Source: Klebsormidium nitens (lineage: Eukaryota; Plantae; Klebsormidiophyceae). Taken from it: a DNA stretch of 64,000 bases. A program made the translations under genes and the position numbers. The DNA is taken from positions 124,001-188,000 of the forward strand of contig DF237012.1 of assembly GCA_000708835.1 (NCBI GenBank). The letters are read 5' to 3'. The notes under the pieces are model-generated. The model saw nothing but the letters and a program-made list of their open reading frames with translations. It searched no databases and had not been told where the DNA came from. The stretch's first letter is position 1. Every line of letters starts with the position of its first letter. This document shows, piece after piece, positions 47,832 to 59,406 of the stretch.

Positions 47832-49229
47832 GCTGACGCTAAAGCCTGTTTGCGCTGCGGCAGCTTCCGTAGGAAAGCTGTGTGTCTATTTAAGTTTTGT
47901 TGGTGCCACCATGCCAGTGGCAGCAGGTGCGTCTTAGACAGATGTGGGGTACGTACCGGCCGAGCTATTGCGCGGCAACCGCGGCCGCCCGCGCTATCAG
48001 CGCGGCAGGTTTCGAGGGGGTTTCTAGTTATCATCGCGCGACTCAACGAAAACCCGCGCGCCGTACCGACCGGCCCGGGCCGCGACATCATTGCGGCCGC
48101 GACTCATGCCGGCAGTGCGGCCGCTGAACGAGTGCGCCTGATATTCTGCGGGTCGTCTTTCCTTCTTGTGCGTCAGACTCGAAGGCTCCCCAGCCTGCGC
48201 TTGTAACCTTCCTCTAGGTCCTGTGAACATGATCTGCCCAGAATGTGGATCTGGCAGTCCCGTCGAATCTTCTTCCGAGTAGCCGCACAATCAGCACAAT
48301 AAGTAGAAAAGTGGACAAAACTCAGCCTATCTTCTGGAGTCTCTTTAGAAAACCGAAATTTCCTTGTCTTTGATCCAAGAGAAAGGTTCTGGTGTCCGGA
48401 CAAGTAGTAGAAGAGGGTGATATTCAAGTGCATCCAAGTGCGAGAATCAGCATACTAAACTTGTGCAGCTTTATGTATAGCAAACTTGTTGTACTCAGCG
48501 AACCGGGAGCAAACCAGGCACGTTCTACATGGTACCGACCGCATGCCGTTCCAGCGGTTACACTTTCACGTCGTAATGGACTCTGCAAGCGGCCGGCTAA
48601 TCAAGGCCGTTGGACTGCGAAGCTGGTCTCTTGAAACCTCCTTCGAGCTGACTCGAGCATATGTCTGGACGCGTCCGAGGCTCACGACTCACGAGCAGGT
48701 CAAGATTGATGTCCAATCATTGGGGGCCTCGTGCGCACCGCCCGGGAAGGGCGACTCTGGCGACCTTTTTGGCCGGTGCGCCGGCTCAACTGTCGCCGCG
48801 CTCCCTATCTCCGCCTTCTGCGAGGAACTGCTCGGACAGGTTCATGATGCAGAAAGGACATGGTGCTCCGAAAATTCTCACAGCGTGTGTGACGGTTGGA
48901 AAAGACATACCTGCAATTACGAGACTGCGCATCACACGCGAGCTAGCTTCTGCCGGAGGTACGTGCATGGCGAAAGGCCCGCCACATTTGCCACCTTCCA
49001 ACAATAAAAGTATTGAGTTCCTTCTCTAGTCATGAGACTGTACAAAAAGATGGCAAAGTCTTCTTCGACAGCTGTATCATTCGTGACTGAGTGCAATACA
49101 CTGATGCCCTTCTCCATTTTCCGCTGCGCGCTTGAGCAGCAAGTCCTTCCGCTCGACAGCTTCCCCTTGATTTCCTAGAATCAGGAGAATCCACGCTCTT
49201 GATTTCCAGCGCTCTCCCTCCAAGTAATA

Positions 49230-50110
49230 TTTCCACAGTTTCTGTTGCTCATGCACAAGATGGCTGCTCTAAGTGGACGCTCAGCGTGCTTCACGCTCCT
49301 CTCGATGACCCTCCAGCTGGCGGCCACCCAGTTTCTCTCGTCTGGCGCTAGCTCAAAACCGCCCAATAGGACGCGCTCGGCAAGTGCTCCCTCTTCGGAG
49401 AGGCGCAGCGGTCTGGGTACGGCGGTCCCACCCAGAGACACTCCAGCCTGGGACCCATCTAGCAGCCCGGAGTCACCCCGACAGGGCACCCGGTTCCTGT
49501 GCGAGGAAATCCGAAACTGCTTTGCTGGCTTGGGTAAGGAAAATCACTCTGAGGTGCTCTTAGATCTGAACATCGCTTCTCAAAGTAGGAGAGGGCTCGA
49601 AAGTCCTTCGGAACTGTAAGCCTTCTGTACTCGGCCGTGCCCATCAGTTGATGGCAAGAAGACTACAGAAATTCACAGAAAAGATGGGTAAAACCTGAGA
49701 TGCTTCAGAAGCTATGCTGATCTGCAAAGCACTTCAAATCCACAACTGCAGGAGCAGCGGATTTGTCAAATACATGCATCCTGACCGCTGCGCTACTGAT
49801 CATAAGCCTCAAACGTTCTTCGGTTCCGACGCGAGTTCATCTAAGAACGATACTCCTGCCCCTACAAGAACAGAGGAATCTCACGTAGCGCGTGATTGTG
49901 CAGTAGACTTACATTTGCTGGAGGGGCCCAGATCGCTGCGCCTCTCAAAACAGCGGGCACTTGCCGAGTGCGTCCTGGTACTGTGCAACACTGAAGCTGG
50001 CCCCGGACGGGAGAGACTGGGTCCCCGCAAGCCGGGATGTAATGAACAATAAGGTTACGAACGCGATCCACGCAGAGCGCCAAAATAGAGCAGCCATCCC
50101 CAGCGACGAG
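49230..50110. pseudogene. Two diverged, inverted copies of an unidentified coding fragment
   Basis: The + strand at ~49925-50110 reads PDRCASQNSGHLPSASWYCATLKLAPDGRDWVPAS...HAERQNRAAI. The - strand at ~49420-49250 reads PDRCASPKREHLPSASYWAV(frameshift)FELAPDERNWVAAS...HAERPLRAAI. Confidence 0.55.
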
Positions 50111-51743
50111 CTGCGTAGGCTGTCTATTTGGTCGAAGGGAGGTCTGGACTCGCATTACCAGGACGATAAGGGCCTTGCTGTACGCACGAAGAGCAGGATC
50201 ACGAACCGCAAAAGAATTGTGTATTTCAGCAGCTGTGGGGAGGGGCAAATACGGCTATCTTTCGGCGTATACCCCCTGTTCTCCCTTGCCCAAACTTCGC
50301 AGGCCAAGATGTCGCCCGACTCGCCCTTCCGGGCGGCATGTCCGGCGCTCTTCTGCGCGCACGAGGTGGCCAATGATTGAGCATCGTTATCGACGTAATT
50401 ATCGACGTCTTAAGACGCGCAAATACGTCATGCTCGAGTCAGTTCGAAGCAGGCTTTGAGAAATGAGCACCTTTTACCAGCCTCACGAGGTGATTCCAGG
50501 CACTCTCAAATTGAACCTACTATAACTGCATATCATTCGCCGTTGAGATTCTGGGATTGTGAATCGCATTGCATCGCAAAGCATATCTCTTCGATTCATC
50601 GTTGTCCGTTTGTTTCCACTCGGTGGATTTGAAAGAATTACGGTCTCCAGCTAATCGAGATAGGAGTAGAGACCTTGCAGCTCTGTATTGTAACGTGGAA
50701 CGTGACGGCGGGGTCACGAGTACCGGTCTACAATTCCGTGAACCAGGTCAACTGGAACAATCGATTCCATCTGCTGGAGTTTCCTGAAAACAATCTTTCC
50801 AGGTGGAGGAGTGTCAGTGCATTCAAGATCGGGCCCGCTCGTCCCTGGTCGGACGGATGAGATCCAAAGTGAAGAGCGCGAAGTCTGTTTTCCGGCCTTG
50901 GAAACGCCGGGCAGCTTTACCCAGCTTCCCAGGAAACCGTCAAGGAGCTTCCAATCGTGACGTCAGCGAACTTTGTGACGAATCGGACCCAGCAGCGGCC
51001 GTCGTCCGTTTGGCATCGCAGTTGTCTTTTGTATCGCTCGTTTCGTGTCAGACTTGATTTTCAGACAATATCGTCAAAATGATGAATTGTGCACTTCAAA
51101 CAGAGTGGATAATACATGCCCTTGATGGTTCGGAAACCATCTGCCAGGGATAAGCGGTCGTTCAGATATGGAGGGTTGTGATAGAAGCTTTGAAAGAAAT
51201 TATTTTACAAAGGTTATATTTCCTGGCCAGTAGATGGAATTTTGTAAGTGCACACTACCAGTGAATGCCGATATAGACGGTGGCTACTGATTGACAGCGT
51301 CATTTGTAAAGCACGTAACTCTGTATGTAAGGAATTCATGTGACGCGAAGCTTCACTTTTGTGTCAGTTGAACAGTTGAAAATTCAGCGAGGCCAATCCC
51401 GTAATCCCGTATCCACCATCAATGGAACAATGGAAGATACATGAACCAATGAAAATGTCGATGGACTGATTGGTTTTGTAGAAGAGGGAAAAGACAAGCA
51501 TCCAAATGGTCCGTCACGTGATTCTGATTTCACAATCAGAATTGTGAGTTCGAATCGCTACATGTCTACTTTCAACTGGTCTGGTCTATTTGAACGGATC
51601 TGAGTTCGCAGTAGCTCGTAGCCGGGCTTCCCCACGCAGCTCCCAGGGGGATCCCTCCGCCACTCTCTATCCGAACGGACTCTCTCAGACAGCCGCGTGG
51701 TCCGGCTCCGCTCCGCAGCCCCCAGAGGGATCCCTCCCGCCAC

Positions 51744-54126
51744 TCAATGGCAAGCGGCCACGTCACCCGGAGCTGCGGGGCACGTCCCGGAGCAGCACAC
51801 CGACTGGGTGCCGGAGCGGTTGAAGCACTGGTGAGGCTTACTAGAGAGGGGGTCGCAGATCCGGGTTGGGTTGAAAATCGGGTTAGGATCGAGGGTGTAG
51901 GTTCCCTTGGGAAGGATGGAGGTTTGCTTGGGAAGGACGACCGGGACGCGAGGGTTAGGGTCAACGCGGAGAGTGCCTTGCGGCACGTTGCCGAAGAGTG
52001 TGCCGCACATGGCCTCCGGACCTGGTGTTGGGCACTGCGGAAAGAAGCAAGAGAACGATCAGACCATGGATGGTTGTGGGCTGATTGAAAAGTGCTTATA
52101 TCCAGACTTGGGCGATAACCAGCCCTGGAAAAAGGTAACAACCCGGTTACTTTTCAAATAACCGACGACTCGAGTCTGGTAATAGGCCCGGTTAGCAGCC
52201 AGGATCCCCCGTGAAGGCGGCGCAGTGACACTTTGTGGTCCAAGATCGCTGGCTTGAGAAGTGGTATAGACCGAGACACTTACCAGATGGTTAGAGAAAT
52301 ATCCTGTTGAAACTAGGCCAATTTTCGTACGACCCTTGTAGAGATCTCCCTCTCAGAAAGCGGAGGCGAAGCAAATCGAGCGTAAACTTCACAGCCGCCC
52401 TCCTTTTGGGGGCTTTGCTGAGCTACAAGGTCTTCCAAACCAGACTCAGCAACGAAGGGGCACTGAGCGAGACTGGGACGTCCGGTTAAAAGCTAGAAAG
52501 TGCACTGAGATTTGAAGAAAAGGGAAACTACGAAGCTTTCAGGTCTCAAGCGTCGAGCAACGAGATTAGTTGTTGAAAGACTTGCACTAATGTTGGCGGA
52601 TCACGCTGAAAGGATTTTCGGGATTGTTATGAGCTCAAGATGCTCACGACAGTGGCCGATCCGCAGCAGACGAACTTGCTCTGGTCGTTATTGAAGCACG
52701 GGGCCGGTTTGGCACTGAGCAGATCGCAGAGGGGACCGCATTCGGCCTCGCCAAAGACGGAAAAGGTGCACTGCGCAGAGTGAGACACGTGTCAGCCCAC
52801 AAGGCCAAGATGATAGGGTATACTTGCGCGCGTGCAGAGGGGACAGCATTCAATCGTCGACTTGCTCCGTGAGTGATACACGTGTCAGCAGATGGGCATG
52901 CGGATCGACGAGGAAGTCGCTGTTCAGCCGCGAAACGAAGCAGGGCAGGATCAAACCTCGTTTAGTTCCTCACATTTTAAGAGCAAACAACGTAATCTTG
53001 GACGTCCCTTGATCTATTTTTCAATTTGCAAAACGCGGAGCCCGCGTAATAATCTGAAGGAGAAGGCTAGATAAGAAAGCTAGGAGCAATTGTGAATTCA
53101 ACTGCAAGATGTTCATGCACGCAAACGGCCTTCATCAGCGCCTGTAACCAGAGTGCTTGATTTCAGTATACCGTCTCGTCCTATCTTCCACCCAACCCGA
53201 CTATGTGGTACCTTTGTTTTCCAGGTTCGAGACGCCGGTAAGTTTCCTCTGAGGCATCAAACTTCCGGCGCCTCCTTTTGAGCGTCTAAGGGATAATATA
53301 TCTCTGCGGATTTGAGGGACTCCCAGATTCGGCCAGGGCGCAAGCGCCAGGTCATGTTGCATAAGGTGACGTCAGCATGCGAAGCGGCATGAGGTCCCGG
53401 GAAAGACTTACGTATGGGCTCCGGCAGCACACGGGGTTCTGGCCCTCGGTGTCGTAGCACGTGTAAGGGTTGTCGGCCAGCTGGCAGAACTCCGTGGAGG
53501 TGCCAGTCTCCTCTGCAATGGTACGCCAAAGTCTGTTTAATGATTGATTAGTTACTTACTACAAAGCTCTTGTCTTTTTTGAAGATAGATTCCTGTAGTG
53601 CTCTCTCATTCGCAAGTTGGCGTTCGCTCGATGCGCCCATCTGGAGTCTACTATTCTGTGAAAAATTCGTGCGATCACGTACAAACGATTAAAGAAACCA
53701 GAAATCCTCGGCCAGAACATCCAGAGAGGCGACACGTTCCAATCCAGCTCATTTGTGCGGGCGTCTGATCTGATCAGCACTCTGACAGCCTCGGCCAGAG
53801 CACAACATTTGCAAAGAAGCTCACACCTCCTAAACCAAAACAAAACCGTTTCCACTGTTGGATCGCACTTCGACGACTTTGGACACAAAAGGGAAGTATA
53901 AAAGAGGATGAACACGCGCGGTCCAGCATATACGAAATCCTCATTTTGCCCAAATGGCGAGTCACCACGTAACATGATTCCCATAGCGTCACAACTTCAG
54001 CTGAATGCGAAGACGTCACGATGACGTGGGAAACTCACGCAAGAGCCGCCTCGCCCCTGAGCTGGTGACGCTCAGCAGCAGCAGGAGGACTGCGGTACGG
54101 ACCGCCATCGAAGCGACGCCCGCCAT
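51744..54126 (-). CDS. Secreted cysteine-rich protein, copy 1: signal peptide, RRLL motif and three C-C-CC-C-C repeats (exons 54126-54039, 53512-53412, 52770-52648, 52034-51744; 200 aa)
   Basis: All introns are GT-AG with matching phases (1,0,0). Protein: MAGVASMAVRTAVLLLLLSVTSSGARRLLQETGTSTEFCQLADNPYTCYDTEGQNPVCCRSPYCTFSVFGEAECGPLCDLLSAKPAPCFNNDQSKFVCCGSATVCPTPGPEAMC...ICDPLSSKPHQCFNRSGTQSVCCSGTCPAAPGDVAACH*. Confidence 0.88.
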
Positions 54127-54579
54127 TGCTGATGTCAGCTGATGTACTTGGGTCGATTGACAGCTTTTGCAGGAGAGTTCGAGCTGTGCCTCTCAAGGGA
54201 CCCGAAAAGTCACCCTTCGTACTGCTTTACTGGATGACCGAAAGCAGGCTGTTTGTCCAGATTCGGAGTGGAGAAAAATTGGAGGGTGGTTGTTTTGGGG
54301 CCTGAAAGGAGCACTGGGGAGCTTCTTCCCGGATTCGCTTGAGGAAATTTGGTCGAGGTGTGTGAATCTGAATGTGACAAAGGGAAGCGTATGGGCCGTC
54401 TTTATGGAACTGTAAAACACAGCATTGCGAGCCCCTCGAGGGTCACTCGAATTGCTGTGAGTCACTCATGTCAGCGAATTCAGTGAGCACCCAGTCAACT
54501 CATCAAGTATTGTTGAAAGTAGGTGCGGTATGCAGTCACAGTCCGACCAGTGCAATAGTACATGAGTGTGCCCCCAGTA

Positions 54580-55050
54580 CTGGTAAACTGCAAGCCGGCC
54601 AGACGTCCACGGTTTCAGTTCGCCAACAGTATGATTGGAACACGTACTCAAGGTGCTCGACCCGTGCTCGACTAGATTCCGGATGGCCCCCGGCCGTCTG
54701 GGATGATTTGCAGCTGTTGATTATGCTTTCTTAGCAGACTTCTGTCTTCCAGAGTAACTTTATTAGCGGCCGTCTCAGGTGGCTATCACTGGCAGCGGCT
54801 GTATCTTTTGAGATACTGAGAGGGAGCGCGCTGCAACTTTCCAGTGGCCCGGTCACTGTCCTGCTAAAAGGAATGGGGCAGTTCCGGGTGCGTTTATGGC
54901 CCGGCAGCCTGCAGGGGGATCATCCTGAGTCACCGGCCCGGGAGTCGGGACCCGGGCGCTTCCCTCAATTGCGACAGGATCGGCTTGGGTTGGGCGACAG
55001 GTTAAAATGGACGGCTGCATTGAAACCGAGCACGCACTGCGCACGGAATG
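54580..55050. promoter_or_regulatory. Conserved non-coding blocks upstream of Cys-rich gene copy 1
   Basis: The blocks GTCCACGGTTTCAGTTCGCCAACAG, TCCGGATGGCCCCCGGCC, GAGGGAGCGCGCTG and ACGGCTGCATT..GAAACCGAGCACGCACTG recur in the same order at ~59970-60570. Confidence 0.6.
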
Positions 55051-57186
55051 GGAAACTTGTTGCAACTGCATTATGGAGGGCCACCCGAGTACACAGTAAT
55101 TTCTGGTTACTACAGCTTCTACCTAGTAGTACCGAGCAACCTGCCAGTTTTCGTGTCGACTAAATTAGACTAATTGCAGTCAGCAGCAGACTGACTAACT
55201 TGCACTAATACTCCCACTAAAACTGGCAGGATGGTCGGAAGAAGCTGTAGTTAGCAGCTAGGTTGATGACCATCCCACCAGGCCTAATCAGTCTTAGGTA
55301 TTTATTGGACAACATCATACCGGGCTTCAACCTTGTTTCACCGCTAGACATCGCCCAAGTTTGGTTCTTGCAGGCCAGACATACTGTAACCTGTTCAAAC
55401 ATCCCGAAATAACCTCACATTGACATCGATCTTTTAGGGGCCATAAACTATTGTGGGTCATTCTCCATTATGAAGCTCTTTCTTACCACACTCGGCCCCT
55501 TGCGCGTAAGCACGTCTGTGCCAAAAGATCAGCGCCTCGATTTCTGCAAGCCAACCTGCATATGCTTGTGAATGCAGTGCTGGTTCTGAAGCAAGAAATG
55601 TAATCATGAATCATGTTAGAGATATGCCAGCACATCGGTCCTCTGAGCGGCGGAAGGTTCCAAAGCTAGGCTGCTCGTATCGGAAACATCGGAGATGGAA
55701 AGCCCAAAAGTTTGACAGCTTTCCGGCGCTTGGACGTACACGCTGGGTCCTGAGGTTTCATTTGACCTATAATTTAGGCGCGGTCGACGAGCTTTGAACT
55801 GCACGAGAGTTCTCTAAATCATCCAAAGCCACTACTGGCCCCTTTCCATTGACATTTCATCCTGTTCCTTCTCTCGCTCGTTTGGATAGGGCTCTTCATG
55901 AAGATCAGGCTTCAAGCTTATTGACTTGCAGAGCAACTTAGAGCGAGCTACTTCGCCTTGAATCGAAGGTTGATTGACATACAACAATTTGGGAGGGATT
56001 GCCGAGGTGAATTGCCGAAGGCATCCGATCAAAGCGTCCGAGCAGGAAAACCAGCAGTAGTCGGAAGGCGCATTTTTACTCAAAACGCCGTTAGTCCGTC
56101 TGAAATGTGGTTTCATCTGGCCACGAGGTGTCAAGTGAGCACAGCGTAACCGGCGGCCATTCTCGTTGATCCAAGGGTTAGGGCAGCATCATCCAGCATT
56201 GCTAAAGAGCACACTGTGGCTGCATGTGAAGGTGAATGTTAAAAGACCATCAAGCCGTGTTTCTCATGAATGAAGAAAAGTTCCTAATCTAGGAGCCCCT
56301 GGAATGCGCCGATGAATTGATTTCCAATTGATATGTCCATAGAATTGTGATATGTACTGCCTTGCTCTAAGCTTTAAGAAATACTCGGAGACTCGTCGTC
56401 TAGAACTAACACGTATCTTTTTATGGAGTCCTTTTTGCCTATTTGTACGCTTTTTGACTAGCCAGACATTCCTAATCTGTGAGAAGCGCGCGGACATTTA
56501 TATTATTGTCATCATAGGGACGCAGCAAAGGTTCGCAAAGCCGGCCACATTCGTACATCATCATATCCAGAGCTCATACAAGATTGACGGACGCACGCGG
56601 CGCACACAATGCGTCGTGGTAAGGAGAAGCTTCTGGCGGTTTGTAGAATGAGACAAGCATCAATTCATCCAGTATGATTCACGAGGGGGTGCATCTGAGT
56701 TGCCACTTCCCCTCTCGCTGGTCGCTACTGAAGCAACTATGTAGACCCAAGCGGAAAATAAATACTCTCAAATCTGTCCAGCTCGATCATGAACTAGATT
56801 CTGCGAAGCTATGCCGCTATAGAAATAGCATCATATAGGCAAACTCTACGTATGGATGTGATTTCGACCAATACTTCTGCACAAAGGAAGTTCTTTTGAC
56901 ATTTCCCCTTCTGACATTTCGGAGGGAGATGTCTAACGAAAATCTGACGCTTCTAGGGTTTCGTTACGTGGCAGAAGTGTATCTTTTGGCAGGAACGGCA
57001 CACCTCCCGGCACAGTCTACCGGCCACTCTCGAAGACGGTCCTCAAGTGCCACGCCACGGCTCTCGCGCCTTCGGGGCATCTTACCGACCGCTTACATGC
57101 CCTGGATGGCCGCGCCGGCCGATTCCGCTACGGGGGGATCCCTCCGGCCACTGCCCCGCGCAAACGCGGCCACGTCACCCGCAGTC

Positions 57187-59406
57187 TCACGCGCAGGCGG
57201 GCAGGTCACCCGGGTCCGCGGCGCAGGCCTCGGGGCAACACTTCGATGCGTCAAGGTTGCGGTTAAAGCACTGGTTAGGCTGACCCGAGCTGGGGTCGCA
57301 GGCCGGGGTTGGGTTAGGTTCGAGGAGTTGGGTGTGCAATGGAGCGAGGGTCATAGTATGGGTGTGTACTGGAGCAAGGGTTTGGGTATGGAGTGTCTTT
57401 ACTGGGATACTAAAGCACGTGGGCTCTGGACCGGGGTTCGCTGGGCACTGCGGAGAATACAAGATGGTTTGACGGGTTAAGCATAGTTGGTTACGCGCTC
57501 GTTAGCAGCTGGTTCTACGTCCAAATGACCAAAGTCGAGCAGGAACCAGACAAAAGTCTGGTTACCGAGCCTGATTAGCATTCGAACCTTTCTGAGAAAG
57601 TAACAGGCGCCAACGCAATTCTTCGGACCAGCAAGACAAGGAGACCCGCTTGCGCGCAAAGACATCAGGAAGACAACGTCAATCTCAGGCGATGACGCAT
57701 GGAGATTGAGTGAACATTTATTCATTGAACCTGCTGTTCGCTTTGCGACACCCAAAGAAAACTACTTTCGATTGAGCACGGCCTTTTGGAAAGTACGGGA
57801 GCTGCTCTTGGGTAAGAACTTAAGAGGGGCAGAGGTTAAGAGCTTTCAGATCAGTCCCGGCGCGACTCAAACCCTGTGAACTCTTATTGGCGATCTCCCT
57901 CTCAAAACGAAAACGAAGCAGACTTCATGGATCTCACAGCCGCCATTTCCTTTGGGAGCTTTACAAACAAAAAAAGGGTCACAGTCAAACTCGGCCACAA
58001 ACGGAGACTAAGCGAGGCCGGGCCGAAAGAAAGAAAGGCGAGCGAAAGGACGCTGGATCCAAAACTTAAAATGCTCACGGGATGAGCGAACGAGCAGCAG
58101 ACAAACTTCGTTTTGTCATTATTGAAGCACGCTCCGGGTGCCCTACTGAGCGGATCGCAGAGGGGACCGCATTCGGCCCTGCCGTCGGGCGCCAATTGGC
58201 ACTGCGCAGAGGGAGACACGTGTCAGCATGTGGCCATGCATGGAAGAGGAAGCTGCTGTCGAGGCGAGAGAATAGGCTCGGACCTAGTACATCCCTTCCT
58301 CTCCAAATGCGTTCATTCTTGTGGAGGCAACTGAGGGTGGTCTTTTGCAATAATTCTCTGCTTCGTGTTGTTGGGAATCTCCACTCATACAATGGACGCG
58401 GCTAAAAGGATGTGGCTAGATGAAAAAGGCCGACAAGCAGAACGGTCCGCGACAAAAAGTACAACGCAAGCAGAGAACCTTCATCTAGCCTGTACACAGA
58501 GTTTTGGGATTCAACCTCTAATCCGGCTCTAGCTTACACCCATAACTGTTTTCGGAAACTTTGGACTTTCCTTCGAACCTGGAGAATCGTCCACTTTCTT
58601 CAGCAATCGAAACTTTTGCAGTAGCTTCTGAGCGTCTGAAACATAACAACGTCTTACAGTCCGACAACTCGGAGATCCCGTGCTGCTGAATAAGCACCAG
58701 AGCAGGTTGCATAAGGTGATGTCAGCATGTAAAGGACTCATGACGTCGCATGACGGACTTACAAAGCGACTCTTGCAGCACACGGGGTTCCTGCCGTTTG
58801 CTTCGTAGCACGAGTACGGAGCCCCATACAGATCGCAAGGCTCCGCGTAGCTTCCAATATCTTCTGCAAAGGATACACGCCACGTTTTGGTCTACGTTTC
58901 TTCTCTGAATGACCCGGACTTTTGGTCTTTCATATTTGCTTTTCTGCATCCAATGCTTCCTCAATTGCTTGTCAGCCTTTTTCGCTCGGGCGCTCAGCCA
59001 GCATCGATCTACAAGGTGACTATGCGACTAGGCAAAACTGTCCGAAGTGTGAGGACATGCTAGTTCCGCATGTGGATGAGCTGATCTGAGAAACGAAAGT
59101 ACTCTCTGCTGGCAATCTCACCCTTCTGAATCGAAAACTTCGTTTTCGGGGACAATCAAGTCATCCGGACTTTGATTGATCTCAAAGGGTGTTCTTAGTA
59201 TCCAGTCTAGTTTCCCATTTGGTAATAATGACAAAGCAAGCTTCCTCCTCCGGAATCGCATTCCAGTGATGCATACCCTCACAGGCAAAGAGTCTCCAGG
59301 CGCAAGAACGTCATCATGACGTAGCAGACAGCTCACCTATGGGCCTCCTCGCCTCTGAGCAAGCCACGCCAAGCACCAGCAGGAGGACTGCGGTTCGGAC
59401 CGCCAT
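57187..59406 (-). CDS. Secreted cysteine-rich protein, copy 2 (exons 59406-59337, 58863-58763, 58201-58079, 57447-57187; 184 aa)
   Basis: Internal exon lengths (101 and 123 nt) and phases are identical to copy 1. Protein: MAVRTAVLLLVLGVACSEARRPIEDIGSYAEPCDLYGAPYSCYEANGRNPVCCKSRFCQLAPDGRAECGPLCDPLSRAPGACFNNDKTKFVCCSFAHPCPANPGPEPTC...ACDPSSGQPNQCFNRNLDASKCCPEACAADPGDLPACA*. Confidence 0.88.

Noticed and set aside
48486-49007. HHTRASF resembling the tyrosine-recombinase HxxR motif
   Set aside because: The other catalytic residues and their spacing are not recognisable, and a four-residue match is not enough.
50675-50860. IVTWNV resembling the N-terminal motif of EEP/LINE endonucleases
   Set aside because: The ORF is only 61 aa, with no further EEP motifs and no reverse transcriptase nearby.
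51495-51565. tRNA-like GTTCGAATC T-loop with a nearby hairpin
   Set aside because: The T-stem does not pair and no acceptor stem or D-arm can be formed.
51744-51746. Selenocysteine or readthrough at the TGA stops of both Cys-rich genes
   Set aside because: The 18-Cys pattern is already complete before the TGA, the downstream in-frame peptides are not conserved between paralogs, and I saw no SECIS-like motif.
51747-57480. Plus-strand ORFs 51747-52088 and 56896-57480 suggesting a repeated mobile element
   Set aside because: They are antisense shadows of the last exons of the two Cys-rich genes.
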